Assembly (NCBI RefSeq): GCF_018977255.1
Contig: NW_024704742.1
Span: 80,230,001 to 80,294,000 of the forward strand
DNA: 64,000 bases
Reading direction: 5' to 3'
From: Callorhinchus milii
Lineage: Eukaryota
Shown here: positions 62,990-64,000 of the stretch, one piece after another
Layout: every line of letters starts with the position of its first letter
Numbering within the stretch: the stretch's first letter is position 1
Made by a program: the position numbers and the translations under genes
The notes under the pieces: generated by a model
What the model saw: only the letters and a program-made list of their open reading frames with translations
The model's database searches: none
What the model was told of the DNA's origin: nothing

Positions 62990-63755
62990 CCATCTCCCTC
63001 TCCTCATCTATCTCTCATACTTTCTCTATCTGTCTCTCATACTTTCTCTTCTCTCTCTCGCTCTCTGCCCTCTCATTTCTTTGTCTCTCTTCTCGCTCTG
63101 AGTCTCTCTCACACACTCTATCTCTCTCTCAGCCTTACAGTCTCTCTCTGTCTCTCTCTCTCTCTCTCTCTGTCTCACACTTGTTCTCTTTTAGTCTCTC
63201 TCTCCCTCACTCACGCACACTCTCTCTCGTCCCAGCGCTGGAGCTAAGCTGCACATACACGGCTGATTTCGATTCTCCGAGGATCGAGTGGAAAAGAAGC
63301 GATTTGCAAGGATCAACAACATTGATATATTATGAAAAACAAGTAACAGGTGAGTCTCTCTCTCTCTCTCTCAAACACTCTCTCCGTTTCTCGCACTCAC
63401 ACATTCTCTCTCACCATCTCCAGCACTCTCACACTCTCTGTCTATCGCTCTCACACATAATCTCTCTCCCGTCTCTTGCTCACACACTCTCTCTGTCTCT
63501 CTTTATCTCCAGCTCTCTCACACTCTGTCGCTCTCAGACTCTCTTTCTGTCTCTCTCTCTCACTCAGTCTCCCTCTCTGTCTGAAACATTTTCTCTCCAT
63601 ATCTTGCTTTCACACTCTGACACACACACACACACACACTCTCCCTCTTTCACTGTTTCTTGCTCTCACCCACTGTCTTTCATTCTCATACTTTTTCCCC
63701 GTCTCACTTCTCAATCAGTCTCACATTCTTCCTTCTCTCTCACACTTTATCTCTC
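62990..63755 (+). repeat. CT/CA-rich low-complexity introns 2 and 3 of the JAM-A-like gene
   Basis: Degenerate (CT)n and (CA)n tracts filling both introns. Confidence 0.85.
63236..63349 (+). CDS. F11R: JAM-A/F11R-like exon 3 (Ig V domain, first half)
   Basis: cccag|CGCTG...AACAG|gtgagt, 114 nt. Reads LELSCTYTADFDSPRIEWKRSDLQGSTTLIYYEKQVT, with the B-strand Cys, C-strand Trp and the JAM-family R(V/I/L)E dimerisation motif (PRIEWK). The CxYTxDF...DLxGSxTL pattern resembles fish JAM-A. Confidence 0.9.
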
Positions 63756-63760
63756 CACAG

Positions 63761-63907
63761 AGAAATTCAGAGAAAGATTCGAAGTTTACGACAAAGGAAT
63801 GCGTATAACTAATGCTGAACCCAGTGATAGCGGAGATTATATGTGTGAGGTCACAGCGGCCACTGGAAATGGATTTAATTCCGTTACCATTAAAGTGATT
63901 ATTGAAG
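63761..63907 (+). CDS. F11R: JAM-A/F11R-like exon 4 (Ig V domain, second half); gene continues beyond the window
   Basis: Polypyrimidine tract, ccacag|AGAAAT...GAAG|gtata, 147 nt. Reads EKFRERFEVYDKGMRITNAEPSDSGDYMCEVTAATGNGFNSVTIKVIIE, with the V-set DxGxYxC motif. Confidence 0.9.
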
Positions 63908-64000
63908 GTATATTTATTCACCTCCGTTTGTGGGGCACTGCTTTGCTAAATTGACCGCAGCGTTTCGCTCACAAAACATGCAGTCACTACACTTTACGGT

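Noticed and set aside
62896..63954. 352-aa ORF as a single-exon protein
   Set aside because: It is read-through of stop-poor CT-rich introns. Only the spliced exons are Ig-like, and exon 2 is in a different frame from this ORF.

Overview
Eukaryotic, repeat-dense vertebrate DNA, most likely a cartilaginous fish. This is inferred from the repeat mix (tRNA/Deu-type SINEs, CR1 with esterase ORF1, L2, Penelope-like) and cannot be proven from the window. About the first 54 kb is intergenic or intronic-looking and packed with SINEs, CR1 and L2 LINE fragments, two copies of a ~1 kb LTR, a split Penelope-like element and a fossil RLE retroposon. The only host gene I can support is a junctional adhesion molecule A (F11R/JAM-A)-like gene on the + strand. 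Exons 2-4 (Ig V domain) lie at 62911-63907 and the gene runs off the window end. Its signal-peptide first exon is present twice (54394-54448 and 56622-56673); both copies are intact and phase-compatible with exon 2, inside a locally rearranged region. Other notable structures are a head-to-head two-tailed L2, an LTR copy with a PBS-like leader closed by a second end, short templated duplications, and a nested insertion that splits a Penelope-like element. I found no prokaryotic systems, CRISPR arrays or bona fide RNA genes. Repeat boundaries were read by eye and are approximate; exon, LTR and TSD boundaries were counted to the base.
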